From the NCBI GenBank assembly GCA_026023565.1, contig JAPETS010000017.1:372001-436000 (forward strand): DNA of 64,000 bases, given 5' to 3'. The translations under genes and the position numbers were made by a program. This stretch comes from Cirrosporium novae-zelandiae. Lineage: Eukaryota. Shown here one piece after another: positions 1-12,107 of this stretch; the first letter of the stretch is position 1, and every line of letters begins with the position of its first letter. The notes under the pieces are model-generated. The model saw only the letters and a program-made list of their open reading frames with translations. It did no database searches and was not told the origin of the DNA.

Positions 1-600
1 TGCAGTTTGTTACTGGAGCCTGAGCTTAAGGCAATACTAATCCATATAGTCCGAGGTAATTTAACAATAACCCCCCTATCATTCCTATTTATCAGACTGT
101 CTAGATTGAGTCGGCCCTCGAACGTTACCTTGCCTTTTCAAGTTTTATCGAGACTATTCCTCTAGCTCCATGTACCCCTCAATACTATGTTTCTAACCCA
201 TCTGTTTTCATTTATCCCCACAATCTTCTCCGCAAACCAGTTCCACGTACATCCAACGTTGCGAACGTTGCTGTGGAGCCGAAACGGGCCGATCCTTGGC
301 GGCGATCGATCGGTTGGGGATATACTGGCCAGGATGAGAGCACGTTCATTCTCCAGGGGCAAGTATTTTGTTCTTTCTCTTCATCTTTTCTAATATCTGC
401 TTGTTGCCTTCATCCGATCATAAACAGTCAATCAATATTCTCATGGATTTTTCTTCCCGAGATTCATTGATGGGAGAGCAATTCTCGGCTCCACTAACAT
501 GTCGTCAAAATCGAATTGTACTGTATCTTATGGCCTAGAATAGTATAAATAGAGCTATACGCTACCACGATGAACCGCTATCCTTCTGCATCGTCCCGCA

Positions 601-1905
601 ATGGCTTCTCAGATTCTGTCCCTTCGAGTGCTTCCCGCTCTCTGCATCTTGGCCTGTTCCCTCGGCCGCTCCATCGCAGCAAACACAACGACAACAGCGA
701 CGTCTGACCTCATTTCAGCAGCTTACACTATCAGTGCCACGACGACTTCATTCTCAAGCACAACCCTCACAGCGACTGGCACAGACGAGAATGTTATTCT
801 CGTTGAAGAAACCGGTGCTGCATATCTAACCGACGTCACTATCATCAAGACTGGAGACACCACAAGCAGTGACGACAGCTCATTCACGACTTTAAACGCA
901 GCAATTGGAGTTGAAACCAATGGCACAATTTATATGTACGGGTGCAACATCACTACAGACGGTCTGAGCGCAAATGGCCTCCACACTTACGAGGACGGTG
1001 CATCCGCATATCTCTATGACCTCTACATCTCTGCCACGGGTGACGGCTCCCATGGAATTTATACCGCCGGTGGCTACATATACGCCGAAAATCTCGTCTG
1101 CTCTACGTACGACTCCAAGGGTAGCGCCATCGCAACCGACAAAGGCGGAGGCACTATCGTCGTCGACACCGCCACAGTCCACACGTACGGCACGCAATCT
1201 GCACTCCTCTACTCTACGGGCAACATCACCGTCGCAAACATGACCGGGGCCAGCGCCGTCGCCCCCGCCGCCTGCATCGACGGCTCCAACTCCTTCACCA
1301 TAACCGACTCCACCATCTCTGCGGGCCCCGAACTCCACGGCGTCTTCCAGGTCGTCAGCACCGTCAGCTCCGGAACCGACGACGAAGCATACGTATACGT
1401 AACAGGGGGCTCCGTGGCCGAAACCCGCGGAACCTTCGGCCTCATCTACGTCGGCAACATAAACGCCCACATCTACCTCTCCAGCGTGGAAATCACTATC
1501 ACCTCGGGGATCCTCGCCAACGCCTCCGCAGATTCCGAATACGGAACCTCCGGCGCCAATCAAGGCGTCGCCTACATAACCCTCACAAACGAAAAAAACA
1601 TCACGGGAGACGTATACGTCGACGACATCAGCACCATCTCCCTCTCCCTCCTCTCAACAACAACTTACTCCGGAGCCATCAACCAGGATAATAGCGCGGG
1701 GAACGCGACGTTGTATCTCGATTCCGAGAGCTCGTGGACAGTCACGGGGACTTCGTACCTGCAGGGTTTGGTTGATGAGGATGAGTCTGCGGGGAATATT
1801 TATAGTGGCGGGTTTACGGTTTATTATAATGGGAGTGCCAATGCGTGGTTGGGGAATCGAACGGTTGAGCTCAGTGGAGGGGGGTCGCTGAAGCCGGAAC
1901 CGTGA
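601..1905 (+). CDS. Secreted Thr/Ser/Gly-rich right-handed beta-helix (autotransporter passenger/adhesin-like) protein
   Basis: Intronless 434-aa ORF with signal peptide; repeated IxTxGxxS/AxG beta-solenoid turns (ITTDGLSANGL, ISATGDGSHGI, VHTYGTQSALL); C-terminal LDSESSWTVTGTSYL motif; TATAAATA at 544-551. Confidence 0.75.
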   Translation: MASQILSLRVLPALCILACSLGRSIAANTTTTATSDLISAAYTISATTTSFSSTTLTATGTDENVILVEETGAAYLTDVTIIKTGDTTSSDDSSFTTLNAAIGVETNGTIYMYGCNITTDGLSANGLHTYEDGASAYLYDLYISATGDGSHGIYTAGGYIYAENLVCSTYDSKGSAIATDKGGGTIVVDTATVHTYGTQSALLYSTGNITVANMTGASAVAPAACIDGSNSFTITDSTISAGPELHGVFQVVSTVSSGTDDEAYVYVTGGSVAETRGTFGLIYVGNINAHIYLSSVEITITSGILANASADSEYGTSGANQGVAYITLTNEKNITGDVYVDDISTISLSLLSTTTYSGAINQDNSAGNATLYLDSESSWTVTGTSYLQGLVDEDESAGNIYSGGFTVYYNGSANAWLGNRTVELSGGGSLKPEP

Positions 1906-3007
1906 AGTGTAGGCGTGGGGTTAGGTTCGGGGGAGTCGGGGGGGCGGGGGGGTTATAGGGTTATAGGGGATTTGAACTGTGAGAGAGGATGGGATGGAGG
2001 GGTGGAGGGCTTGGGAATCTGAGTCTGAAGAAAATTAGGGGGAGGGGGGATAGGATACTGAGGTGGAGCAGGAGGTGGTGGAGGCGGGACAAGCTCAATT
2101 GGTCATATTCATTAAGTTAGATAGGTACAGTACATGTACATGTACTAGACAAATGGCAATATTAGCTTGACCATCCATCCATTATTCCATCCACCCACTA
2201 AATATCCATCATCATCATCATCACTATAATAACAAAACCACCCATTATCTCCTACGTATCTCCCTAACCTCTCCCCCTATACACCCATCCCCAGCTTCAG
2301 CTTTGACATATCAACTTTTCTCCCTCCCTCCCTTACTTACTTACTTGCCAATATGAACCCTTACCATCTCCAATGCTGCCACTCCTAATCCCAACTACCT
2401 GACCATATATCTATATACATACATAGCCCCCTCTTCTTTCTTCCTTCCCCAGTCAAATAAATATAACATATAATACATACCTGCTTAGTAGATAAATAGA
2501 TTAGCACAAATTCAAGAATCATTATTACCGAGACGTTTACTGACTCCTTCAAGGGCCTCTGGATGGTATTGTATTGTGTTGGATTGTAAAGGTTTAATTT
2601 GAGACCATGTCTTCTATAAACAATCTATAGCGAGAAGTCCCCTTTTGAACTAATACTAATACTAATACTAATCAAAGAAAGTTATTAGAAGATTCTCGAC
2701 TTCTTTCTTGTCTAGTTCATGTCCAGTCCAGTCCAGTGTAGTCTAGTGTGCGGTTTAACACATTTCGTGGGGGGGGGGGGAGAGAGAGATTTCGTATAGA
2801 ACTACCTAGGTACCTATTCATTGCATGCCGTCAAACGTAGGGGAATATTTTAGGGAGTGCTAGTGGAGTGGTGGAGTTGTGATAATGTCGATTCTACATG
2901 TGAATATGGATCTCTTCCTTCTGGTACAGCCATGTACTCTCCTGATCCAGATTCAGGCCTCTTTTCCGAATCCAAACAGAAATTCATCCATTCATCCATC
3001 TAGCCAG

Positions 3008-3876
3008 TCACTCCTCCATCTCCTCCACACTCGATCCCATCTCCACATCCATAGAATCCTCATCCTCATCCCCCTCCCTCTCCACCTCGATAGAATCCAC
3101 CCCACTAAAACCCTCACCATATCCCCCCTCCTTCACACCCTCCTCCGCACCCTCATTATAATCACCATTAACAAGATTTTCCGGATCGAGGATATCTTTC
3201 CATATAGTTGAATATGGAGAGGTTACTTGTAGGTCTGTGGGTTTAATGGTGACGCGACCAGATAGTTTGGCTGCGGTGTTCGCGTCTGAATTTTTTAGTA
3301 AGGGGGAAGGGGGGGGTTATGTTAGTCTTGTCCATTTAATTTGATCTGATCTGAGGGTCGTAAATGCGTAGGAATAAGGAAGGGGGTCATGGAACCAACA
3401 AACCAGACTCACACTGAAACCACGAAATCAAAAACCACTCCGCATATTCCTGCAAGGTCTGAAACGCGCCCTCCTCGCACTCGAGCTCAGGGTTTATATC
3501 CGCAATGAGTTGGCGTATGAGAGTGCTGAATTTATCCGGGAAGATTGTGAATTGTGAGGTTGTGGGGAGGATGGGGTTGTGGGTTTGGAGAAGGGCGGTT
3601 ATGGCTATGGTTTTGGCTTTTGGTGGGAGGTGAGTTATGCATGTATGTGTGCATGCGTATGTATGGGGAGGGCAGGGGGTAGATGGATGTAGATGTTATG
3701 GATATGGACGTACCGGATGGGTTTGGAGGGGTGGTGGTGGTAGTAAAGTTGTTGCTTGAGGCAATAAGCACATCGTCGTTCGTTGCAGAGGTCTGGCTTC
3801 TTCTGTCTGGCATGGTAGGATTCATGGTATCGGTGGAATTTGTATTTGCTATTTCTGCCGGAACTTGATGAGACAT
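3008..3876 (-). CDS. Divergent histone H3-like (histone-fold) protein, 210 aa, 3 exons
   Basis: Exons 3876-3714, 3604-3413, 3285-3008; GTACGT and GTGAGT donors, both phase-1 introns keep frame. TSQFTIFPDKFSTLIRQLIADINPELECEEGAFQTLQEYAEWFLISWFQYANTAAKLSGRVTIKPTDLQ aligns without gaps to the H3 histone fold. Confidence 0.75.
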
Positions 3877-6800
3877 GATATTTAGAGGATGATTGTGATT
3901 TGTTGTTGTTAGGAGAGATTGTTATGAGAGAAGAAGGGAAGGTTAGTTGTTAGGTACTGGTCTGGTGGCCTCGAAAAGTCAGCTTTCAAGGTGAGGTTGG
4001 CGTCTAAGATGAGAATGCTCATTTCTTGACTTGGGGTCGGGACGTAAAGAAGCTGAAGGTTGTTTGAATAAAGTAGAAGGTTGAAAAGCTAGTAGTACAT
4101 GCGTTGTGTTGGGATATGAATGACAATTCTGCCTCTATCCAATTTACAAAAGTCATTGTACTGTATATTCCGAGGTAGCGAGAAAATGTGGGTTTGTTTG
4201 TTTAGATGGAAGAGCAGTTTCAATACGTTTGCCATAGCTAGAAACGAAATTGAATACAATGAAAAATTCTTGATTTATCGATGCCATTTGCTGGCTGTGA
4301 GCTCACACCCATACTGTTTAGATATGGCACCAAGGAGAGTTCACCGTAAACTAACCCTCCCGTCCACATTAGCATACCTGAATGACCGCTTCAAGAAATA
4401 ATAATGAGAAATGAATGGCTAGGCTGACCAAAGAAATACCGTAGAAACCGTGAAACCGCAAAGCTATAGGAACCGCCAGTAGTAACATTATTCAAGTTCA
4501 TCTCGAGCAAGGGTCAATGGTATCTGTCATAAGGCTGAACTTTGTTAGGCCTTTACAGGGTTGAATCAGGTACTAATCTGCATCATCCCGAACACGGGAA
4601 ACCCTTTGAGCTTCCAGACAAGCACAGTAAGATCTGAGATAGTCCAAAATTGCGGAGTCGATACCAAAGTACTACCTTGAGATACTTACCATAAATATAA
4701 TCTAATATTTACAGATGCAGAGGAGCCAGGAAAAGACTATGCGGCAGACTAGTACTGTCAATACCGCGTCTTGTTAATCCTGTGCTAGGTCAATTCTTCA
4801 TTGAAGCCATTAGTATCACACAATAAGAGGTAATTAGGATATGGATCGGCTAGTCCGGGGTTAGCATCTGTTGGGGATGATGATAATTTATTTTATTGTC
4901 TGCATGTTGCTTTCGGATTATGGCGGACATATAAGAGATCTATTGGGGATGCTTTAAAAATAAAACATGGGAACGCCAGTCAGAAGTTGTAATGACTTAT
5001 TCAGGAGCTAGGGGAACACTTGATATTGATATAGTAGGATGCGACAATCAGAAGAAACTCCACTCGTGTTCATATGGAGGTTCCACATACTTGGCTGCTT
5101 GCCGACCATCACCAGTGTGGGGATGTGGTAGATGGGACGAACATATCACCTAGTTGCAGAATGAAATTGATATTTGATTTCGATACGTGATTCGGAAGGG
5201 ATAAATTTCAAACCAACTAGGAACTCGATTTGGTGGTTTGTGGCTGAACTGATTTCCATCGTCTGGTTTCAACCTTCAGTCCGATATACCTCACGGTTGA
5301 GACGAGAGCATAATCAAGTAAGCCAATGTTTCAGTTGGTGGTGCTTGAATATTTCTGATATGTCTAGAAAGCTATAGATATTAGCTAGCCTAGAATGTCC
5401 TCAAAGTAGACTTTACTAGCAATTAGTGAATATCGGGTTAACAACCGATTGGAAAGAGTCATTAGCTGAGACTATATAAAGTAGCCATATCATCATAGAT
5501 CTCGAAATGGTTCCTAGCGATGACATGTCCCCATCGGGAAGGCCATCACTACATCACATCGAAATAGCATTTAATGACCTGGACTAATGGGCAATAGAAA
5601 AAGGTATCTCGACCCAGATCGTTTGCTGGTCGTTGATTTTGATTAATGAAAGGGTACTTGTCCTTTGGGGAATTTCATCGATGTAAAGCCTTAATAACTC
5701 AGGAACTCTCCTTGAACTATAGATGTCAGTTTCTGTAAGGTTGCACATAACACAGATCAAAGCGAGGAACGGCTTTGGTAAACCCAGCTACCGACTTAAG
5801 TAACATTGGCTACTGGATGGCTGCAAAGAGCAGATGTATCTTCTGTAACTTACAACCAATAAATCTAATTCCCATCATGTTCAATTACTGCAGGGGGCCG
5901 ATACATAGCTCCAACGCGGCAGCTCGTCCCCAAATCACAAAAAGCAAGGTATTAAATAGTTCGGCGGATAATGAATGCCAAGGACAGAAAGAGAGAGCCC
6001 ATGAACAAAAGAATCAGTACCCGATCCTACTGTCGGGGCGTAGAGTGGAGGTTATCACTAAAGATGAAGACTCGGCGATAAATGTAAGAAGATGATGTCG
6101 ACGACAATTCTGATGGAGGTTCGGGACCTGATTTGTTTTGTGTGGTTGGGCCTTTTGCGGCATGAATGCAATGGGACTTCAAACTGTAGTGGTGGCCAAG
6201 TCGAACCCGAACTACGTAGACAAGGTAGGATGCGTAGGATGTAATTAATTATTACTAACAAGCGAAGGGATTCCCTCGGACTTGTATTGTATTGTTACAA
6301 CTCTGTCAGGTATCCTATATACGCAGTCTGTGCTAAAAACTACTTTATACTTTTCTGTGTCATCAGTCTAAAATTTTGAAATATCTCCGCTGATCTCCGC
6401 TAATCTCCACCTCTACAGTTACCTCCCCCCACCCCCCACTACATCTCACAACTCACAACTCCTTTTTCCTCTTACCTTTCATGGTTACAATACACTACTT
6501 ATTTCTTGCATGCGAGATCTGGGTAGTAATTATCTAGACTACACATGTATCAAATAGGTATGATCGATGGATGGATGTATCGTTTGAACCCCTCCTCTAA
6601 AAAAAATATACGTCGACTTTGTCGCCCACTATTCACTAGTCTCCCCTCCGCTTGCTTGGCATATTTCTTGTTCAGAGGTTCAGCTAAGCATTTGTAGGGG
6701 AAGAATTACCTAGAGCTTTCAGCCTGAGAGAGAATGTCTTAGTGGCTTCTCAGCCTTTAATTTAGAGCCCCCGCCAAGCTTTTCTTATCTTGATGCTTAC

Positions 6801-7303
6801 ATGACATTAACAACAGCTCCAAGATCATGTACTGTACCTACATGGAATGGGTATTATACACTATTATTTATTCTCTATCAATAATGGATTCCCTACATTG
6901 ATGAAGTTATAGAGTCGGGATAAAAAGGAGGCCAATCTTGAATCGAGGATCAAACATCATGGGGCCATGTGCTATGTACCGTCAGCCTTGAGGGATCCGA
7001 AGAACAGTGAAAAGGTAAATTCAGTTCTGACCGGAGTGGAACCAGTCTTGGCAGGAGTAATTCCATGTTGATCTCCACCAAAGTACCCGTTGTGGTTGAA
7101 CGAGGCTTGTCCCTCCTACCAATCTGAGACTACAAACTGTACGAGAATTCTCTGTGTAGGTAGAGATTAGGCAGTATGCCTGGTTCTTACATATAGCATC
7201 ATTTCCCTTGGATAACAATGCTGTGCTCTTTTTATGTTCTTGCGTGATCAGACTAACATCGACAATCCCTTCATTTCCCCAGTTTCTGGATAATTTTTTT
7301 ATA

Positions 7304-9318
7304 ATGTTCTCTATATGGTTCAACACGTTCCTTATCTCCGCTCTTCTATTCCCTGCATGGGCGGTTTCTTCAGAATTCAATGATGATGACGACCTAGCTA
7401 CATTCGTATCAGCAAGTTACCCTTTTGTATTTATTTGCTGTTGTTCCCCTACCAAGCTAACATTCCCCTGCAGCGGCCAGATTTAAGGCCCCCTATTTTC
7501 AGTGTTACCACTCATAAGCATGACATCACGCCTGGATATTGGTTCACTACTCCCTACGACAACTTATATGGAGCTCATGGAGGAGACAGATACGAGACAT
7601 GTCAAGTAGGCCCTCACATATATGATAATGACGGAAATCTCGTATGGAGCGGAGCATGTCTAGACAAAAACCGGCCTGTTGTTGATCTTAAAGTATTCTC
7701 CAAGGAGGACGGCTCATCTTTTATCTCATTTTTGCTAGCCGCCGACAACCATCAAGAGGATAAACGAGGAGTGGGATGGATCCTGGACAACACTTACACC
7801 CTCAACAAGACTGTTTACTGGCGTAAGGAGGACGAACCTGGCAATTTTAATATGCATGAATTCAATATTGTCGATGGGGGGAAATCTGCTCTAGTGATAA
7901 TTAGCGAATTCCGATCGACTGACATTTCTGCCCTTCCGCGAAAATCTGGGGAGGGTTTAATATTCAACAACGGGTTCCGGGAACTCGACGTTGAAACTGG
8001 CGATGTGAAATTCGAATGGATGGCTCTTGATCACATACCTATTACGAGGAGCAAAGCTCCTATGCCTGTCAAATTTGGCGAGAAAAATTCTGGATCCTGG
8101 GATTATATTCACATGAATTCGGTGGATAAGAATGCCAAGGGTGACTATCTTATTTCCGGTCGACACATATGTGCTATTTACAAAATATCTGCAAAAGATG
8201 GGCACATCATATGGCAACTAGGAGGCTACGGTTCTTCGTTTAAATTGGACAAATTCGATTTCTGCTTCCAGCATGATGCTCGACTGCGATATGAGAGCGA
8301 GGATGAGTCGATCGCAATAGTATCATTCCTGAACAATGCGGCCGATAAAACTGATCAAACAGAGAAGCATTCCTCGGCATTACTAGTAAAACTCAACATG
8401 ACCTCGATGGTAGCAACCCTCATAAATGAATGGGACAGGCCGGATCATGGGATAACCAGGAAACGAGGCAATGTTCAATTCCTCGATGAGAGTAACCATA
8501 CTTTTGTCTGTTGGAGTGAGAATAGCTATGTGAGTGAATACACTCCGGATGGTAAGATGGTGCTAGAAGCGCGGTTCAATTCGGATCGTTTTGGAACGTA
8601 CAGGACCTACAAGTTCAATTTCACCGGCCGTCCGACGGAGCCACCCGCCCTAAAAGCTTATACTTATGGGTCACATAGAGATACCAAAACGGTTCATTAT
8701 GTGAGCTGGAATGGAGCGACGGAGGTCGCGTCATGGAGTTTTTACGGCAAACAAGATCATGCAACATCTTCCCCATGGACCTTCATTGGTAGTACCAACA
8801 AAACAGGGTTCGAGACTCGGTTCATCGCTGATGGATACATGAGATATGTGATGGTCGAAGGTGTAGCCAAAGATGGGGAAAGATTGGGTAATTCCACAGT
8901 GGAAAGAACCACCATCCCTCCTTTATTGGTATCTTCTTCTACCCACGCTTCCAACCATATTCCTATCAAGAACAGTACCGAGAACTCTGCATCACAACCT
9001 CAATCCATGATACTTAAACTTCGGATTAGTAGTTTGATTCACGAAGTCCGGACTTGGTTGACCGCATTTGTGGTCGCTTGTGGTCTCTGTGTCCTGATAC
9101 TTTTGGCTGGATTCATTTATTACTGCTGCCTTCGACGCCGGCTGCATATGTATCAGCCATGTGAAGATGGCTACTCGTCGGTGGAGGGTCAAGAACGAGG
9201 AGAAATGGGGTCTCCCGTAGGGGACATGAAATCAAGAGAGAGCTTATATGAGAGCACGGGGCTTTTAAGCGGTGAGAATGAGGATGACCATCATCCTCAG
9301 GGAGAGGTAAAGAGTTAA
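7304..9318 (+). CDS. Arylsulfotransferase (ASST-like beta-propeller) with signal peptide and C-terminal TM anchor
   Basis: Exon 1 7304-7411, GC-AG intron 7412-7473 giving FVS|RPDLRPP; motifs MHEF, WDYIHMNSV, FQHDAR, VSWNGATEV; hydrophobic helix near the C-terminus. Confidence 0.85.
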
Positions 9319-12107
9319 ATATACTGGTGGCTGGCTACTTTATAGACGTGTATAGATATTAAAATGTAAAACTAATTTCAAATCCAAGGGGCTTCGGACC
9401 ATAACCCAACCACCGTTGGGATGATTCTTTTTCGAGCGAGAACCAATCATTTCTCGATCTCTATATAACCCAATAATCTTCACCTACCTTTGATAGTCGC
9501 TAGACTTAAGTTAAGTCGCAGGACCAGCTAGCTGCTGACAGACGGTAATGCAGGGTGCTTAATTATGACAAGCTTTAGCTGTACAACAACGCCTTTTAAC
9601 TGGATCAAGTTGGGTTGGGGTATCCCTTTTCATTTGGCGGTGCCAGTGTAGAGATGGACGTAGAGGAATTAATCCTTGTCTTTTCCATATGATTTTGAAC
9701 CGGTAGACTAACAGACGTCGTTTTCAAGTCTCAAACTTCACCATTTGTTCCCTATCATCGAATATTGCCGTTGCGAACAATCATGACGTCACTAATAAAT
9801 ATCAAACAACAACTTTTTTTTACCCTTTCCATATTTATTTTCTACATTGATTTTTTTTTATAAACTAATTTTTGGATGGAAAGGAGTGGGGTTTTGTATA
9901 CCAATGGAAAAGATGAAAGTTATGTTACATTAATTGAGAGATTATGAGATTCATTGCTGAGGTTTGCTAGTATGAAGGACTTCTAGGTTTTCCAAACAAA
10001 ACTACATGCATGTATGATCAAGTTATTATTTATCATCGAGGATTTAATCCGTTAACCAGCATCTGCAAAAAAAAAAACAAAAGTCTGGCGGGTTTTTGCT
10101 ATGGAATAATTATGTGACAAGAATGTTTCCCGTCCCGTCCCTCAATTGTTTACTTATTAATCTGTTTACTATTAATATATATCTACCTCTCTGCTTATTT
10201 ATCCAAAAATATTTCCAACTTCTAATTCCGCTTAACTGAATTCCCTCCATTCCATTACTGCAGTCGGTACCTCTTCACTGCACACGCCCAACTTCAGAGA
10301 ATCCAAATTCGAAAAAAAAAACACACGCGTGGATGCTGGCTTCTGTAGGGGGGTTTTGTCAGAAAAAGATAATATCTTGACGGGTTCTACAGTAGGTCTA
10401 TACATTAGAGCATCTAGCTAGACCTCCGGCTATAATCGTCCCGTACCATACCATACCGTTCCTTTCATGAAAAAAAAAAAGAAACTCCAACAATCGATCC
10501 CCCGGACCACCGAATTGATATATCTATAGGTACACCAAACAGCGAAATCCACATTCCTACTCACTCATAAAGGCCTCAACTCAAATGTTTACTAGCGCGG
10601 CAATGTTGCAAGAATATTAACTCTTACTCTACGGGTTATGCCATGAGTATGAAGACTAGTCGGGGGCGTGATTTATGACATTGTGTGGATAATCAAAGAG
10701 CTGATCACTCCACTCCATTATAGTACTATATCCTCTAGAGTAGGTACTGTAGCAGTATTAAAGTCATCTTCTGCAGCATAATATGCTCATCTATTTATGG
10801 AGAGAGGAGGAGAATCTTAGATGTCAGGATTGGATTATGTATGCGTCCCTCCTCCCTCCCCCTGCGGTTCTATCCATAATCATAATCATTTGACTCCTCC
10901 GAGGATATCCTACCTAGCCACCACCATCATCACAATATCCTACCAACTGCACACACCGCCAATGGGCGAATGTTATCGAGATCAGTAAAAACACCTGTAC
11001 ACACCAAGGGTCTTAAGACTATGCATATCTCCATAGTACTGTAAACCTGAATATATATATCCAGCAGTCGGCAGTCGTTCGATAGCTAGAGAGAGAGAGA
11101 GACCCAAGAGAGAGAATTAATTCTCTCGTAGAAATAAAATAAATAATATAACATGACATGACATGATACTCCGGGGGATTGGGGATTGGGGATTGCCTGT
11201 TTTTTTTTCTCTTTGATTCTTTGTGTATCCTTAAATAAACCAACCCCCCCTTTCATAATATCTAGATAGATAGATACCTTAGGATGGAATGATGAATAAT
11301 AAAAATTTACAATTCACAACTTAAAACCCCCGAAATGATGGATCTTTAAGGGATCTAAAAAGCTTTAGCTGAGCATATGTATATGCATATTTTCTACCTT
11401 CCTTCGAACCTTCAAACTAGGAGGGGAAGGAAAAACTCAAACTCAAGCTCAACTTTTTCTCACTCCGAGGCTTCTTCTCTTTTCTTCTTCTTCTTCATCA
11501 TCATCATCTAAGTCAGTCGGTTGGTCAACTCCATTTTTGGGGGCCGGGGGGGAGGGGGGTAAATTACACAAAAATGCCAGATATCTATGATAAAAGAAAA
11601 GAAAAGAAAAGAAAAGATTACTGTAGGTATGTAAGTATGAGGGGGGGTGCGGATGACCCAAGATATGTCCAGGTATTCAAGGTTCCCGTACCCGAAGTCC
11701 CGAGGAGCGAGCATCTCATTCGTATCTCGATTAATTATCTTCCGATCCTTGATCCGCTTCCGCTTCCGCACCCGTACCCTCCTTTTTTCCCTCATTCATT
11801 TATCACACACCCTCCACGATGGATATGCAGGCGTGAGAACTTGGGACAGAACAACGCTGCCGAATATGTAGGTAGACGTGAGAACTCGGATAAACCTGCT
11901 ACTTTGTCGGTGGCAATTGAAAAGTGTGATAAGAAAGTGGGTGTGGTCCCCTCACTCAAATAGGCCCAGGTAGAATAGAAGACAATATATACATTTCCAA
12001 CCATTTTAATTTTTTTATTTTTGTGCCTTGTTTGTGTATAGCTTATATCTAAAAGGCCTTTGACTGCTGATACGCCGAGAGGTCGGTATCTAGGCTTTCT
12101 GAGAATC

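Noticed and set aside
1915..1970. Telomere-like GGGTTAGG / GGGTTATAGGG runs
   Set aside because: Not tandem TTAGGG; part of the G-rich tract after the stop codon
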